A stretch of 64,000 nt of DNA. It comes from an uncultured Veillonellaceae bacterium (GTDB lineage: Bacteria; Bacillota; Negativicutes; JARBTT01). Shown piece after piece: positions 42,978 to 53,898 of the stretch. The translations under genes and the position numbers were made by a program. The stretch covers positions 64,001 to 128,000 of the forward strand of contig CAWDTA010000004.1 of assembly GCA_963805085.1 (NCBI GenBank). Direction: 5' to 3'. Within the stretch, counting starts at the first letter, position 1. Each line of letters opens with the position of its first letter. The notes under the pieces were generated by a model, which saw nothing but the letters and a program-made list of their open reading frames with translations, had not been told where the DNA came from and ran no database searches.

Positions 42978-43065
42978 CAGCTTATCCACAACATTTTCAC
43001 TTTTCGTAGTTTCCATTAAAATTGCTGTTTTTATGCAGTTTTGTGTATTTTATCATTATACACAA

Positions 43066-43092
43066 AACAAAAACCCCATTTCAGGGGTTTTA
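43066..43092 (-). terminator. tRNA operon terminator
   Basis: AAAACCCC-6-GGGGTTTT with T-run. Confidence 0.7.
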
Positions 43093-43102
43093 TTACTCTT
43101 TT

Positions 43103-43179
43103 TGGTGGCGGCGCAGAGATTCGAACTCCGGACACTGCGGGTATGAACCGCATGCTCTAGCCAACTGAGCTACGCCGCC
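43103..43179 (-). tRNA. tRNA-Met(CAT), elongator
   Basis: GGCGGCGTAGCTCAG...GCGGTTCATACCCGC...TTCGAATC...ACCA. Confidence 0.9.
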
Positions 43180-43185
43180 ATATTA

Positions 43186-43261
43186 TGGAGCTAATGACCG
43201 GGATTGAACCGGTGACCTTATCCTTACCAAGGATACGCTCTACCGACTGAGCTACATCAGC
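43186..43261 (-). tRNA. tRNA-Thr(GGT)
   Basis: Anticodon arm TATCC-TTGGTAA-GGATA, CCA end. Confidence 0.95.
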
Positions 43262-43282
43262 GATCACTAACTTTATTAGAAT

Positions 43283-43358
<76 letters not shown>

Positions 43359-43390
43359 ATGTTAGATGTTAAAATATTTAACTAAATAAA

Positions 43391-43475
43391 TGGTGGATGG
43401 GGTTGGATTCGAACCAACGAAGGCGGAGCCGGCAGATTTACAGTCTGCTCCCTTTAGCCACTCGGGAACCCATCC
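43391..43475 (-). tRNA. tRNA-Tyr(GTA)
   Basis: GCAGA-CTGTAAA-TCTGC, long variable arm, CCA. Confidence 0.95.
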
Positions 43476-43485
43476 GTTATTTAAC

Positions 43486-43561
<76 letters not shown>

Positions 43562-43577
43562 ATTAGGAACATTATTT

Positions 43578-43606
43578 ATTATACATATTTCTATGTCGTT
43601 TGTCAA
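43578..43606 (-). promoter_or_regulatory. Consensus SigA promoter for the five-tRNA cluster
   Basis: Perfect TTGACA-17-TATAAT. Confidence 0.85.
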
Positions 43607-43632
43607 TAACTTTTCAAAAAAAAAAATATTTT

Positions 43633-43708
<76 letters not shown>

Positions 43709-43762
43709 ATATTAAAATCACCAATCGGTGACAACATACAACATTATTACAACCGATTTTTT

Positions 43763-43791
43763 ATTATATATGTTCCAATTTTATTTGTCAA
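43763..43791 (-). promoter_or_regulatory. Consensus SigA promoter upstream of fMet copy 2
   Basis: Perfect TTGACA-17-TATAAT. Confidence 0.8.
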
Positions 43792-43825
43792 TAATTTTTC
43801 ATGAATTATTTTTGGTTGACTTATT

Positions 43826-43901
<76 letters not shown>

Positions 43902-44071
43902 ATATTAAAGTTACCAACCAGTGACAATATGTAATACTATCATAGTTGAATTCGTTTGTAAAGTGTTTTCTTGATTTTTTTAAAAACTCTATTCTTTCTA
44001 ACAAACCATCTGCATCTAAATTTCAGTATATACGATATATAAAAGAATATACAGTTTTTATTTTCTTATAT

Positions 44072-44106
44072 AAAGCTACAGGCTGTTAAAAGCAGCCTGT
44101 AGCTTT
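44072..44106 (-). terminator. Hairpin after PFK gene
   Basis: AAAGCTACAGGCTG/CAGCCTGTAGCTTT 14-bp stem. Confidence 0.8.
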
Positions 44107-44114
44107 GAGATTAT

Positions 44115-45365
44115 TTAAGCAAGTAAGTAACTATATTTTGCTTTAAATTCTTCGATTGTCATTTTAAAAGTATTTGCCAGCCCTACATCTTCTAAATCAC
44201 TTTCCGCTAAACGAATCATAAATTCTTTCGCGATTTGATAATTCATAGAACTAACGTCTACCCGTCTTACTCTAGTCTTACCCGTTTCTGGATCACGTAA
44301 ATCTTTAAAATAAAGTGGTACTGTTTCATTGTTTTGAATAGAGATCATTGCAGCGCTGCCACCATTCATTAAAAAGCGAACTGCTGCATGCCCTAATGAG
44401 CGCGTATAATCAATATCATAAGAAATAGGTGGTGCACAACGAAGCTCGTAACCAATTTCCTTATCAACAATCGTTATTTTTATACCAATTTTGGCCAATT
44501 CTTTTGCTACTTCTTTTTTAAGCACATCACCAAAATCAAGTTCAGCATATCGAATATGACAATGCTCATCTAAACAAATATCACCAAGAGCCATAAAATC
44601 TTCTTCCGCTATTTTTTCGATAACGCCTTCGGCAATAACAGCAATTCCATAATTACGACCCGTTAGATAACGTTTTACCATAGAACAAGTGAGTAGATCA
44701 ACCACTTGCTGTAATCTAATTTTAGGGGCACTAAACTCTTCAGGAATGATCGTAATGATTGCCCCTGCTGATTTCCCCATACCAAGCGCTAAATGACCCG
44801 CTGTGCGTCCCATAGCTATACCAAAATACCAACGATTATTGGTAGTTCTAGCATCTTCCATGAGATTTTCTAACAACATCGTTCCAAGTGCTCTTGCCGT
44901 CTCATAACCGAATGTTGGTACGCCTTCTGGAAGCGGTAAATCATTATCAATCGTTTTGGGTACATGAACAACGTTAATGGTTCTACCGACTGATGTTGCG
45001 TATTCTGATACCTTCGCTGCACTAAAAGCAGTATCATCGCCACCGATCGTAACAAGATGTGTTACCCCAAGCTCAGTCAATGTATCTACAACTTTTTTTA
45101 AGTCTGATTCTTTTTGGGTTGGATTAAAACGAGACATTTGTAAAATGGATCCACCCGCTAAATGAATTCTACTTACTAAGTCATAATTTAAATGGACAAC
45201 TTTTTTCTCGCCTTTTGCCAACCGAGAAAAACCATCATAAACCCCAACGACTTCCCAGTTATGCTTTTTCGCCTCTAAGGTAACAGCACTAATAACACTG
45301 TTAATTCCCGGTGCTGGACCGCCTCCACATACTATTGCAACTACATTTTTAGTTGATTGAAACAT
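44115..45365 (-). CDS. pfp: PPi-dependent phosphofructokinase
   Basis: GGGPAPGIN, GGDDT (Asp at the PPi-specifying position), PKTIDND, MGR, GYELR. Confidence 0.85.
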   Translation of the reverse strand: MFQSTKNVVAIVCGGGPAPGINSVISAVTLEAKKHNWEVVGVYDGFSRLAKGEKKVVHLNYDLVSRIHLAGGSILQMSRFNPTQKESDLKKVVDTLTELGVTHLVTIGGDDTAFSAAKVSEYATSVGRTINVVHVPKTIDNDLPLPEGVPTFGYETARALGTMLLENLMEDARTTNNRWYFGIAMGRTAGHLALGMGKSAGAIITIIPEEFSAPKIRLQQVVDLLTCSMVKRYLTGRNYGIAVIAEGVIEKIAEEDFMALGDICLDEHCHIRYAELDFGDVLKKEVAKELAKIGIKITIVDKEIGYELRCAPPISYDIDYTRSLGHAAVRFLMNGGSAAMISIQNNETVPLYFKDLRDPETGKTRVRRVDVSSMNYQIAKEFMIRLAESDLEDVGLANTFKMTIEEFKAKYSYLLA

Positions 45366-45583
45366 AGTATTCCCCCTATTTATAAAAATTTATAAGACAG
45401 GCTTATCTTATTTAGCTAAACAATGCTTTAGAACCACATTACTTACTAAAGAAGAGAAAGCAAAGAATATCAAGTAAATAAAATATTACTAATATTCTAA
45501 ATATAATTAATTATGTTGTAATATTCTCCATATAAATTATACATTCCTTCTATATCCATAAAAAACTTTAATACATTTCCTAG

Positions 45584-45823
45584 TTATATAAAATTTTTTA
45601 TATACGCAATAATTCCTAAGCAGGCAAACACGCCTGCAAATTTTGTCAAATATTTTTTATACGTTTGTAACTGTTTGATAAAAGCATCAATATACGAACA
45701 AATAATTGCGAATGCCACACAAATATCACCAGCTGTAAGCCATGTTACCTGACTCAAGAAATCCTCCATTGCATTGCTAAGAAAAATCGCGGCTCCAATC
45801 AACGCCAAATATTCAAATTTCAT
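45584..45823 (-). CDS. Small hypothetical membrane protein (79 aa)
   Basis: AGGAGG SD, three hydrophobic stretches, no recognisable family. Confidence 0.65.
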   Translation of the reverse strand: MKFEYLALIGAAIFLSNAMEDFLSQVTWLTAGDICVAFAIICSYIDAFIKQLQTYKKYLTKFAGVFACLGIIAYIKNFI

Positions 45824-45872
45824 CTTAGATTCCTCCTATAACTGATTTTTACCTAGCATTTTTTCTTAGTAA

Positions 45873-45916
45873 AAAATCTGCCTTTATTAACGCTTATTGT
45901 AATAAAGGCAGATTTT
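45873..45916 (-). terminator. Terminator after gguB
   Basis: AAAATCTGCCTTTATTA/TAATAAAGGCAGATTTT 17-bp stem. Confidence 0.8.
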
Positions 45917-45969
45917 AAATTAGATAAAACGATGAAAAACGTACGAAATCACCATATTTTTTTATGAAT

Positions 45970-47154
45970 TTAAGAGTTCTTTCGTTTATTGTATAAATCA
46001 ACCGTGACCGCAGCTAATAAAACAAGACCTTTTACCACACGCTGAATATCAACAGACCAACCGATCAGTGACATCCCATTGTTTAAAATCCCCATAACTA
46101 AAGCACCGATAACAGCCCCGCTAATGGTTCCGCTACCACCTTGAACAGCCGCGCCGCCGATATAACAAGCAGCAATTGCATCTAATTCGAAACTGTCACC
46201 AGCTTTTGGTGTTGCTGATGCATTACGGGCTGCAAGAACAATCCCCGCCAAAGCTGATAAGAAGCCCATATTGGTATAAACCCAAAACATAACTTTATCT
46301 GTATTAATCCCCGATAAACGAGCTGCATTTACATTCCCACCGACAGCATAAACCTGACGGCCAGCGACTGTATTATTCGTAATAAAAGAATAAATTAGAA
46401 TCAAAATTAACATAATTAACAATACCAATGGAAGTCCCATATAAAGAGCCAATTTAATGGTAATAAAGTTTAAAACAGCAATAATTACTACCAACTTAAT
46501 GATCGGCTGCCAGATGGACGGCACAGCAAAACTATGCTTTATCTTGTTCTTACGCGAGCGCATTTCTAATAAAACAAATACGACGGAGACAAAAATACCA
46601 GCAACAATCGCTAAAAGTTCAACCTTTGTCCCACCAATCTGCGTAAATATTTGTGGCATATAGCCTGCGCCAACTTGCGTAAAACCTTGTGGCAATGGGC
46701 CTTTTGTTTGTCCATTTAATATAACCATAGTAAGACCACGGAAAACAAGCATATTCGCAAGGGTAACAATAAACGGCGGAACTTTTAAAACTGCGATAAA
46801 GAAACCCTGCCACATGCCAACCAAGACACCCATAACCAATACAACAGCAAACGTAATCGGTATAGAAATATGGTAATCAACAACCATAATTGCTGCCGCA
46901 GCACCACAGAAGGCTACCACCGATCCTACGGAAAGGTCGACATTTGCAGTCAAGCAGCATAATAACATCCCAATGGAAAGAATAACAACATAACTATTTT
47001 GCATAACCAGATTATTTATATTCATTGGTGCCGCATTTTTACCATCAGATAAAACTAGAAATATGATATATATTAGAAATAAAGCGATCATCATTCCATA
47101 TTGTTTGAGATTGCTCATCGCAAATTTCTTCTGTTCAAGGCTAGTATTACTCAT
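45970..47154 (-). CDS. gguB: Multiple-monosaccharide ABC permease (GguB/MmsB)
   Basis: DLSVGSV, GGNVNAARLSGI, ATPKAG.FELDAIAA. Confidence 0.85.
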   Translation of the reverse strand: MSNTSLEQKKFAMSNLKQYGMMIALFLIYIIFLVLSDGKNAAPMNINNLVMQNSYVVILSIGMLLCCLTANVDLSVGSVVAFCGAAAAIMVVDYHISIPITFAVVLVMGVLVGMWQGFFIAVLKVPPFIVTLANMLVFRGLTMVILNGQTKGPLPQGFTQVGAGYMPQIFTQIGGTKVELLAIVAGIFVSVVFVLLEMRSRKNKIKHSFAVPSIWQPIIKLVVIIAVLNFITIKLALYMGLPLVLLIMLILILIYSFITNNTVAGRQVYAVGGNVNAARLSGINTDKVMFWVYTNMGFLSALAGIVLAARNASATPKAGDSFELDAIAACYIGGAAVQGGSGTISGAVIGALVMGILNNGMSLIGWSVDIQRVVKGLVLLAAVTVDLYNKRKNS

Positions 47155-47158
47155 TGTA

Positions 47159-48706
47159 TTATTTCTCCCTTCCGATATGATTCATAATAATTTTCATGAT
47201 TCGTTCTTGAGAAAATTCTTCTTTTTTCAATTCTCCAGCAATTTCCCCTTCATTAATTACATATATTCTGTCACAAATTCCAAGCAATTCAGGCATTTCT
47301 GAAGAAATGACAATAACTGCTTTACCAGCATCGGCAAGGGAATTAATTACGGTATATATTTCGTATTTTGCCCCAACATCAATTCCACGCGTGGGTTCAT
47401 CTAAAAGTAATACATCCGGTTCGGATAACATCCATTTTGCAAGAACAACTTTTTGTTGATTTCCTCCAGACAGAGATCCGACGATTTGCTCAATAGAATT
47501 GGCTTTAATATTCATGATCTTACGATAATCTTCTGCCGCATGAATTTCCTCATTTTCATTAATTACATTACGCTTAGAAAATCTCGAACTCAAACTAGAA
47601 AGCGACATATTCCATTTCAAATCATTCGGTAATACCAACCCATATCTTTTACGATCTTCAGATACATAGGCAATTTTATGATCAATCGCATCTTTTATGC
47701 TCTTCAGGCTCAACACCTTTCCGTTTTTCTTCATTTCACCCGATATATTTTCACCATAAGCCTTACCAAATAAACTCATCGCAAGCTCAGTCCTACCCGC
47801 TCCCATTAAGCCAGCTAGACCGACAACTTCACCACTGCGAACATTGAGCGATACATCATTAATAACTTTCCGTTTTAAGTCTAAAGGATTATATACATTC
47901 CAATCCTTAACCCCAAAAACAATATCGCCGATTTTGCTATTTCTTTCCGGATAGCGATTCGTAAGTTCACGACCTACCATCCCTTTAATAATACGATCTT
48001 CCTCGATTTCTTTGTCCGATTTTTCGATTGTTTCGATTGTGTGCCCATCCCGAATAACCGTAATAGAGTCGGCCACACGACTCACTTCATTCAATTTATG
48101 AGAAATCATGATACAAGTAATGCCTTGTTCTTTCAATTTAAGCATGAGTTCAAGCAATATATTACTTTCTTCATCATTTAAAGCAGCTGTAGGTTCATCA
48201 AGAATCAGAAGTTCTACTTCTTTAGCAAGTGCTTTCGCTATTTCAATGAGTTGTTGTTTCCCCACACCAAGTGTATTGACCATTTGGCTCAGATCTTCAT
48301 TGCCCATACCAATTTTACTTAAGACGTCTCTCGCCCGTCTTTCTGTTTCATCCCAATCGATAATCCCTTTGATCGGTGTGATCTCATTTCCCAAAAACAC
48401 ATTTTCCGCAATAGAAAGATACGGAATTAAAGCAAGCTCCTGATGAATGATTACAATTCCCTTTTTTTCACTACTGCGAATATTGTGAAAATTACACACT
48501 TCTCCATGATAAACAATATCACCTGTATACGTTCCATAAGGATATACCCCTGAAAGAACATTCATTAAAGTAGACTTTCCTGCACCATTTTCACCACACA
48601 GTGCATGAATTTCTCCTTTTTTAATGGTAAGGTTAACATCATCTAAAGCTTTAACACCCGAAAATTCTTTGGTAATGTGTCTCATTTCTAATATAAACTC
48701 ATCCAT
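47159..48706 (-). CDS. gguA: Multiple-monosaccharide ABC ATPase (GguA/MmsA)
   Basis: [39 protein letters not shown]. Confidence 0.87.
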   Translation of the reverse strand: MDEFILEMRHITKEFSGVKALDDVNLTIKKGEIHALCGENGAGKSTLMNVLSGVYPYGTYTGDIVYHGEVCNFHNIRSSEKKGIVIIHQELALIPYLSIAENVFLGNEITPIKGIIDWDETERRARDVLSKIGMGNEDLSQMVNTLGVGKQQLIEIAKALAKEVELLILDEPTAALNDEESNILLELMLKLKEQGITCIMISHKLNEVSRVADSITVIRDGHTIETIEKSDKEIEEDRIIKGMVGRELTNRYPERNSKIGDIVFGVKDWNVYNPLDLKRKVINDVSLNVRSGEVVGLAGLMGAGRTELAMSLFGKAYGENISGEMKKNGKVLSLKSIKDAIDHKIAYVSEDRKRYGLVLPNDLKWNMSLSSLSSRFSKRNVINENEEIHAAEDYRKIMNIKANSIEQIVGSLSGGNQQKVVLAKWMLSEPDVLLLDEPTRGIDVGAKYEIYTVINSLADAGKAVIVISSEMPELLGICDRIYVINEGEIAGELKKEEFSQERIMKIIMNHIGREK

Positions 48707-48792
48707 AAATTTTTGTTCAACTCCTTTTATTACTTCTGGCCGAAAGCACTGTTTCAATGTTTCCAGCCAGAAGTAATCTAAATGCATTTTAA

Positions 48793-49899
48793 CTATTCAA
48801 GATCAGCTTTTTTATAGTAACCGGAGTCAATCAATTCTTTTTGAATATTATTTTTATCTACAGCAATTGGAGTACATAAATAAGAAGGAACTACTTTTTT
48901 ATTGTTATTATAAGAAGTTGTATCATTAATCTCAGGTTGTCCGCCTTCTAAAACTGCTTGCACCATTTTTACACATTTGTCTGCTAAAACACGAGTATCT
49001 TTAAAAATTGTCATCGATTGTTTGCCTGATAAAATATTTTTAGAAGCCATCAATTCAGCATCTTGCCCTGTAATAAGCGGCCATTTTTGACCAACTTTAT
49101 AACCAGCACCTTCTAGTGCAGCTGAAATACCATAACTGATGCCATCAAACGGACTTACTACGATATCGACATTTTTACCTGTGCTGTAATAGCCAGATAA
49201 GATATCTTCCATACGTTTTTGCGCAGTTTCTTGCGACCAACGCAATGTACAGATTGCATCAAAATTTGTTTGACCAGAAGCAGTTACCAATTGTCCTTTA
49301 TCCAAATAAGGTTGTAGAACTTCAAACACACCTGTATTTAAGAAATGCGCGTTGTTATCATCAGGTGAACCAGCAAAGAACTCAATGTTATAAGGTCCTT
49401 TACCTTCTTTTAATCCCATTTTTTCTTCAATGTATTTGCCTATTGCGACACCAACACCCTTATTATCAAACGTTGCATAATAAGAAACACTATCAGTATC
49501 CATTAATAAACGGTCATATGCAACTACTGGAATATTATTTTTCTTTGCTTGTTCTAATACATTTACCAATGCATTAGAATCTATTGCTGCAACAACTAGG
49601 CAATTTGCACCGTTGGTTATCATATTTTCTATTTGCGAAACTTGCGCTTGCACATCATCTTCCGCATATTGTAAATCCACAGTGTACCCTAATTTTTCTA
49701 GTTTTTCCTTCATGTTTTTACCATCTTGGATCCAACGCTGTGAAGATTGTGTAGGCATTGCTACCCCAATTTTTTTAGTGTTTGAGGTATTTGCCTTCGG
49801 TGCTGGATCGGCTTTATCGGTACCACCACAACCAGTTAAAACGAACATCATAATTCCAGCCAATATAAGGGCCACTATTTTTTTGATACTTTTCATCAT
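48793..49899 (-). CDS. chvE: ChvE-type monosaccharide-binding lipoprotein
   Basis: Lipobox LTGC; [35 protein letters not shown]. Confidence 0.88.
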   Translation of the reverse strand: MMKSIKKIVALILAGIMMFVLTGCGGTDKADPAPKANTSNTKKIGVAMPTQSSQRWIQDGKNMKEKLEKLGYTVDLQYAEDDVQAQVSQIENMITNGANCLVVAAIDSNALVNVLEQAKKNNIPVVAYDRLLMDTDSVSYYATFDNKGVGVAIGKYIEEKMGLKEGKGPYNIEFFAGSPDDNNAHFLNTGVFEVLQPYLDKGQLVTASGQTNFDAICTLRWSQETAQKRMEDILSGYYSTGKNVDIVVSPFDGISYGISAALEGAGYKVGQKWPLITGQDAELMASKNILSGKQSMTIFKDTRVLADKCVKMVQAVLEGGQPEINDTTSYNNNKKVVPSYLCTPIAVDKNNIQKELIDSGYYKKADLE

Positions 49900-50041
49900 T
49901 CTTTCCCTCCTATTGATAATTATAATTAGATACTATATGCAGTAAAAATTTACTTTCCTTTTGCTTTTTATCATTTACAATTTTAATCATCTTATACCGA
50001 ATTAAGCTACATTTTCTCACCAACTCTCGCACTATATTACT

Positions 50042-50081
50042 GTAATTCTTATTTAATATAAAGAAATTAAATAAGAATTAC
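50042..50081. terminator. AT-rich hairpin between the two ABC operons
   Basis: GTAATTCTTATTTAAT/ATTAAATAAGAATTAC 16-bp stem. Confidence 0.55.
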
Positions 50082-50158
50082 GAATAATTAAAGACAGTAA
50101 TTACTTCCTACATATAGCATAAAACTCATTAGAATTGTTTTATCAGAATGGACCTATT

Positions 50159-51181
50159 TTATTTTTTAGCTGCAACGGATTGTTTTGAACTAATTTTTCC
50201 TTTTTTTTCTGTAATTAAAGCTTGCATAATAATAAACAAGCAAAGCAGTGCGCCAACAACAATCTTAGTCCACCAAGCTGATAATGTTCCTTGGAATGTA
50301 ATAAAGGTTAAAATAATTCCTTGTATCAGTACACCAAAGAGTGTTCCTGGGAGAAAAGCAACCCCACCGGTAAGTAAAGTCCCACCAATTACGGAGGATG
50401 CAACAGCATCCATTTCCATACCTACCCCATGCAAGGTATAGCCAGATAGCATAATCCACGAATAAACAATTCCACCTAAAGCAGCGCAAAAGCCACTAAT
50501 AACGTAAACCATAATTTTGGTTTCAAAAGTAGGCAATCCCATCAGAGTAGCTGAATGTTCATTGCCACCAACGGCAAATACAGCTCTCCCAAATTTCGTA
50601 TATTTCAATACTATCGTAGCGATGATTAACACTGTAATGGCAATTATTACGCCAATCGAAATAAAACCTAAGCCAAAGACACTGATTCTTTCACTAGCAA
50701 TCGCAGTATATGTTGGATTTGTAATACTTACGGTCTCCCGCGAAATTACCGCCGTCATTCCTCGAGCAAAGAACATACCCGCTAAGGTAACGATAAAGGG
50801 TTGCATATTAAACTTCGTTATCAAATATCCTTGCACGCTTCCTAGAATAATCCCCATCAAAAGTACAATTCCGACAGCAATGACAACTGGAATTGCCGTA
50901 TATTGTAACATGTACGCTATCATCATACAGGAGAGAGCCACAACGGAACCAACAGATAAGTCGATACCTCCCGTAAGTAACGTAAACGTAATCCCAACGG
51001 TAACGACAATCAATGCCGCATTATCAATAAATAAATTAAAGAATACTTGTGGCTTCATAAAGCCTTGATAGCTCGCCATCCCTATCCCATATAGAATTAA
51101 AAATAAAAGCACAGTTACAATAAAAGAGAAATATTTCGAAGCAATTGCGGCATCTACAAATGGTTTTAATCTGTAAATCAT
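50159..51181 (-). CDS. yjfF: Sugar ABC permease, YjfF-like
   Basis: NLFIDNA, GGIDLSVGSV, IGGTLLTGG, SAWWTKI. Confidence 0.8.
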   Translation of the reverse strand: MIYRLKPFVDAAIASKYFSFIVTVLLFLILYGIGMASYQGFMKPQVFFNLFIDNAALIVVTVGITFTLLTGGIDLSVGSVVALSCMMIAYMLQYTAIPVVIAVGIVLLMGIILGSVQGYLITKFNMQPFIVTLAGMFFARGMTAVISRETVSITNPTYTAIASERISVFGLGFISIGVIIAITVLIIATIVLKYTKFGRAVFAVGGNEHSATLMGLPTFETKIMVYVISGFCAALGGIVYSWIMLSGYTLHGVGMEMDAVASSVIGGTLLTGGVAFLPGTLFGVLIQGIILTFITFQGTLSAWWTKIVVGALLCLFIIMQALITEKKGKISSKQSVAAKK

Positions 51182-52290
51182 GCTTTATTCCCCCCTTGTT
51201 GTTCTAATACACTTTTATCCTGTAAAAGGTTATGTTTTACTGTAGTTATGTGCTCTGTCGGCTTTTTGATACTCTTGTTTTCATTTTTCCAGTTCGACCA
51301 AATCACTCTAAAGCGTTCCGACTGTACCAAACAAAGGATAACCACTACAATCGCTTTAATTACTGGCAGCTGATCCGAGGCAACACCAAACGCATACATT
51401 GTTGTCGTAAGCGTTTGAATTGTAATAGCCCCGATGACACTTCCACCAATATTAAATTTTCCTCCACTTAGTAACGTCCCGCCAAGTGCAACCGCTAAGA
51501 TAGCATCCATTTCCATATTTAACCCGGCATTATTGGCATCGGCCGCTCTAATTAAAGAGCTTTCAATTAAACCAGAAACTCCAGCACAGAAACCCGAGAA
51601 TGCATAGACCAAAAAAATCACTTGATCTACTTTAATCCCGGCAAATCTACTTGCCGTTGGATTAATCCCCACGGATTGAATAAATAGCCCCACGGATGTC
51701 TTTTTATTTACAATATATACCAACACCATCATTGCCAATGCAATAAAAATTGTCGTCGGCAACATACTCCCCGGAATCGTACCACCTATATAACTAAATG
51801 GTTTATAGTATACGGTGATAATCTGACCTTCCGTTAACAATTGTGCGATGCCTCTACCTGCTGTCATCAAAATCAAAGTCGCTACAACTGGTTGTATCTT
51901 AAACTTCGAAACAAGTAGTCCATTCCAAGAACCAGCCAGTACGCCAGCCATTACAGCACACCCCATTGCGATAATGAATGGATTGGCTGCCGTACCATTA
52001 CCTGATCCCCCTAGCATCGTACAACAAACAGCACTAGAAATCGCAATAATAGAACCAACTGAAATATCAATGCCGCTAGTAGCGATAACAAACGTCATGC
52101 CTAATGAAAGAATTATTAACGAAGATGAACGATTTAAAATATCAACTAATCGGCCATAGAAACGACCATCATCGGTCATTTCTATTAAAAAGAAATCTTT
52201 AACAAATACTGCATTAAAAAATAGCAATATTGACAGTGCAAAAAGCGGTAAAAATAAACTATGAGATGTCAGTTTATTTAACTTTTCCAT
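51178..52290 (-). CDS. ytfT: Sugar ABC permease, YtfT-like
   Basis: IQPVVATLILMTAGRGIAQL, ADANNAGL..EMDAILAV. Confidence 0.8.
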   Translation of the reverse strand: MEKLNKLTSHSLFLPLFALSILLFFNAVFVKDFFLIEMTDDGRFYGRLVDILNRSSSLIILSLGMTFVIATSGIDISVGSIIAISSAVCCTMLGGSGNGTAANPFIIAMGCAVMAGVLAGSWNGLLVSKFKIQPVVATLILMTAGRGIAQLLTEGQIITVYYKPFSYIGGTIPGSMLPTTIFIALAMMVLVYIVNKKTSVGLFIQSVGINPTASRFAGIKVDQVIFLVYAFSGFCAGVSGLIESSLIRAADANNAGLNMEMDAILAVALGGTLLSGGKFNIGGSVIGAITIQTLTTTMYAFGVASDQLPVIKAIVVVILCLVQSERFRVIWSNWKNENKSIKKPTEHITTVKHNLLQDKSVLEQQGGNKA

Positions 52291-53804
52291 TAACCTTCAA
52301 CTCCTGCAATTGCCTTCATCACATTTTCAGAGGTAATTTTTTCACCTTCGATTTCAGCAACCTTTTTTCTATCTCTCATTACGATTAACTTCGAGCAAGT
52401 CCTGACCATTTCGTCCATTTCGCTGGAAATAAAAACGATCGACATCATTTTCTCCTTGGCAAAATCAATAACCATCTTTTGTATTTCATTTTTCGTTCCT
52501 ATATCAATACCCCTAGTCGGCTCATCTAGTATCAATAATTCCGGCTCTGTCGCTAACCATCTAGCGATAATTGCCTTTTGTTGATTCCCCCCACTGAGGT
52601 TTTTAATCAGTTGCTCCCGATCGGAGACTTTGATTTTAAGGAGCTTGATATATTTATCAACAATTTTCTCTTGTTCCTTCATTGGTATGTGATGAAACAT
52701 TCCTTGTTTTGCCTGCATCGCTAACATAATATTTTCGCGTACACTTAAATCACCAACGATACCTTGCAACTTTCTATCTTCTGGACAAAATGCAATTTTT
52801 TCTTGCATAGTATCAAGAGGTTCTTTAAATTTTTTTTCTTTTCCTTTCACGATTATACTGCCAGCATGGATTCTATTTACACCAAATAAAAGCTCCGCTG
52901 TTTCCGTTCTTCCTGAACCTAATAACCCTGCAAAGCCAACAACTTCACCTTTATGAATATTCAAATCTACATTACTGATTTTACCTATACTAGAAATCTG
53001 ATCTGCTTGCAAAAACACTTCTGCTCTTGCTTTACTTTTTTCAGTCATCTTATCAAAATCTTTTAAATCAGCTAAATCTTTACCAATCATTTTAGAAATA
53101 AGTTCTACTCTAGGTATTTTGTGAACTTCATACTCTCCCACCAAATCGCCATTCCTTAGAATCGTTACTCTATCACACAATTCATAAATCTGTTCCAAAA
53201 AGTGAGAAACGAAGATAATCCCTAGTCCATCATTTCTCAGTTTTCGAATAACCGTAAAAAGTTTTTTGGTTTCTTGTTCATCAAGACTAGAGGTAGGTTC
53301 ATCAAGAATCAAAATTTTTGCCGATACATCAACAGCCCTTGCAATTGCGATCATCTGTTGAATTGCTACAGGGTAATTATCGAGGGTCTTAGTAACATCA
53401 ATATCGACATTTAAGTTTCTCAATAATTCTTGCGATCTTTTATTCACTTGTTTCCAATCGATAAGGCCATTTTTCATTGGTTCCCTACCAATGAATATAT
53501 TTTCAGCAACCGAAAGATTCGTACATAAATTAACTTCTTGGTATACCGTACTAATACCAACTTTCTGTGCTTCTTGTGTAGACCCCGGCAAAATTTCTTG
53601 ACCTTCTAGTTGAATACTACCACTATCAAGTGGATAAACACCGGTAAGCACTTTAATTAATGTAGATTTTCCTGCACCATTTTCCCCCATTAAGGAGTGA
53701 ATTTCCCCTGCACGCAAAGTAAAATTTACATCATTCAAGGCTTTTACCCCTGGAAAAATCTTATGAATATGATTCATTGCTAGAAGTACAGTTGCTCCAG
53801 ACAC
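52290..53804 (-). CDS. ytfR: Sugar ABC ATPase, YtfR-like
   Basis: [35 protein letters not shown]. Confidence 0.82.
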   Translation of the reverse strand: MSGATVLLAMNHIHKIFPGVKALNDVNFTLRAGEIHSLMGENGAGKSTLIKVLTGVYPLDSGSIQLEGQEILPGSTQEAQKVGISTVYQEVNLCTNLSVAENIFIGREPMKNGLIDWKQVNKRSQELLRNLNVDIDVTKTLDNYPVAIQQMIAIARAVDVSAKILILDEPTSSLDEQETKKLFTVIRKLRNDGLGIIFVSHFLEQIYELCDRVTILRNGDLVGEYEVHKIPRVELISKMIGKDLADLKDFDKMTEKSKARAEVFLQADQISSIGKISNVDLNIHKGEVVGFAGLLGSGRTETAELLFGVNRIHAGSIIVKGKEKKFKEPLDTMQEKIAFCPEDRKLQGIVGDLSVRENIMLAMQAKQGMFHHIPMKEQEKIVDKYIKLLKIKVSDREQLIKNLSGGNQQKAIIARWLATEPELLILDEPTRGIDIGTKNEIQKMVIDFAKEKMMSIVFISSEMDEMVRTCSKLIVMRDRKKVAEIEGEKITSENVMKAIAGVEG

Positions 53805-53841
53805 GCTCCCCACACCTTTCTCGAACCTCAATCAGATGGAA

Positions 53842-53881
53842 CCACGTCCTTACCCATTTTGTCCCATGCATAAGGACGTGG
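53842..53881 (-). other. Intercistronic stem-loop after binding-protein gene
   Basis: CCACGTCCTTA/TAAGGACGTGG; an analogous stem (48729-48777) follows chvE; typical SBP mRNA stabilisers. Confidence 0.6.
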
Positions 53882-53898
53882 CCTATCAAAGAATACTT

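Noticed and set aside
42982-42990. Perfect DnaA box TTATCCACA upstream of rpmG promoter
   Set aside because: Single copy; the same 9-mer occurs inside rplD (11278), so chance cannot be excluded; no oriC-like cluster
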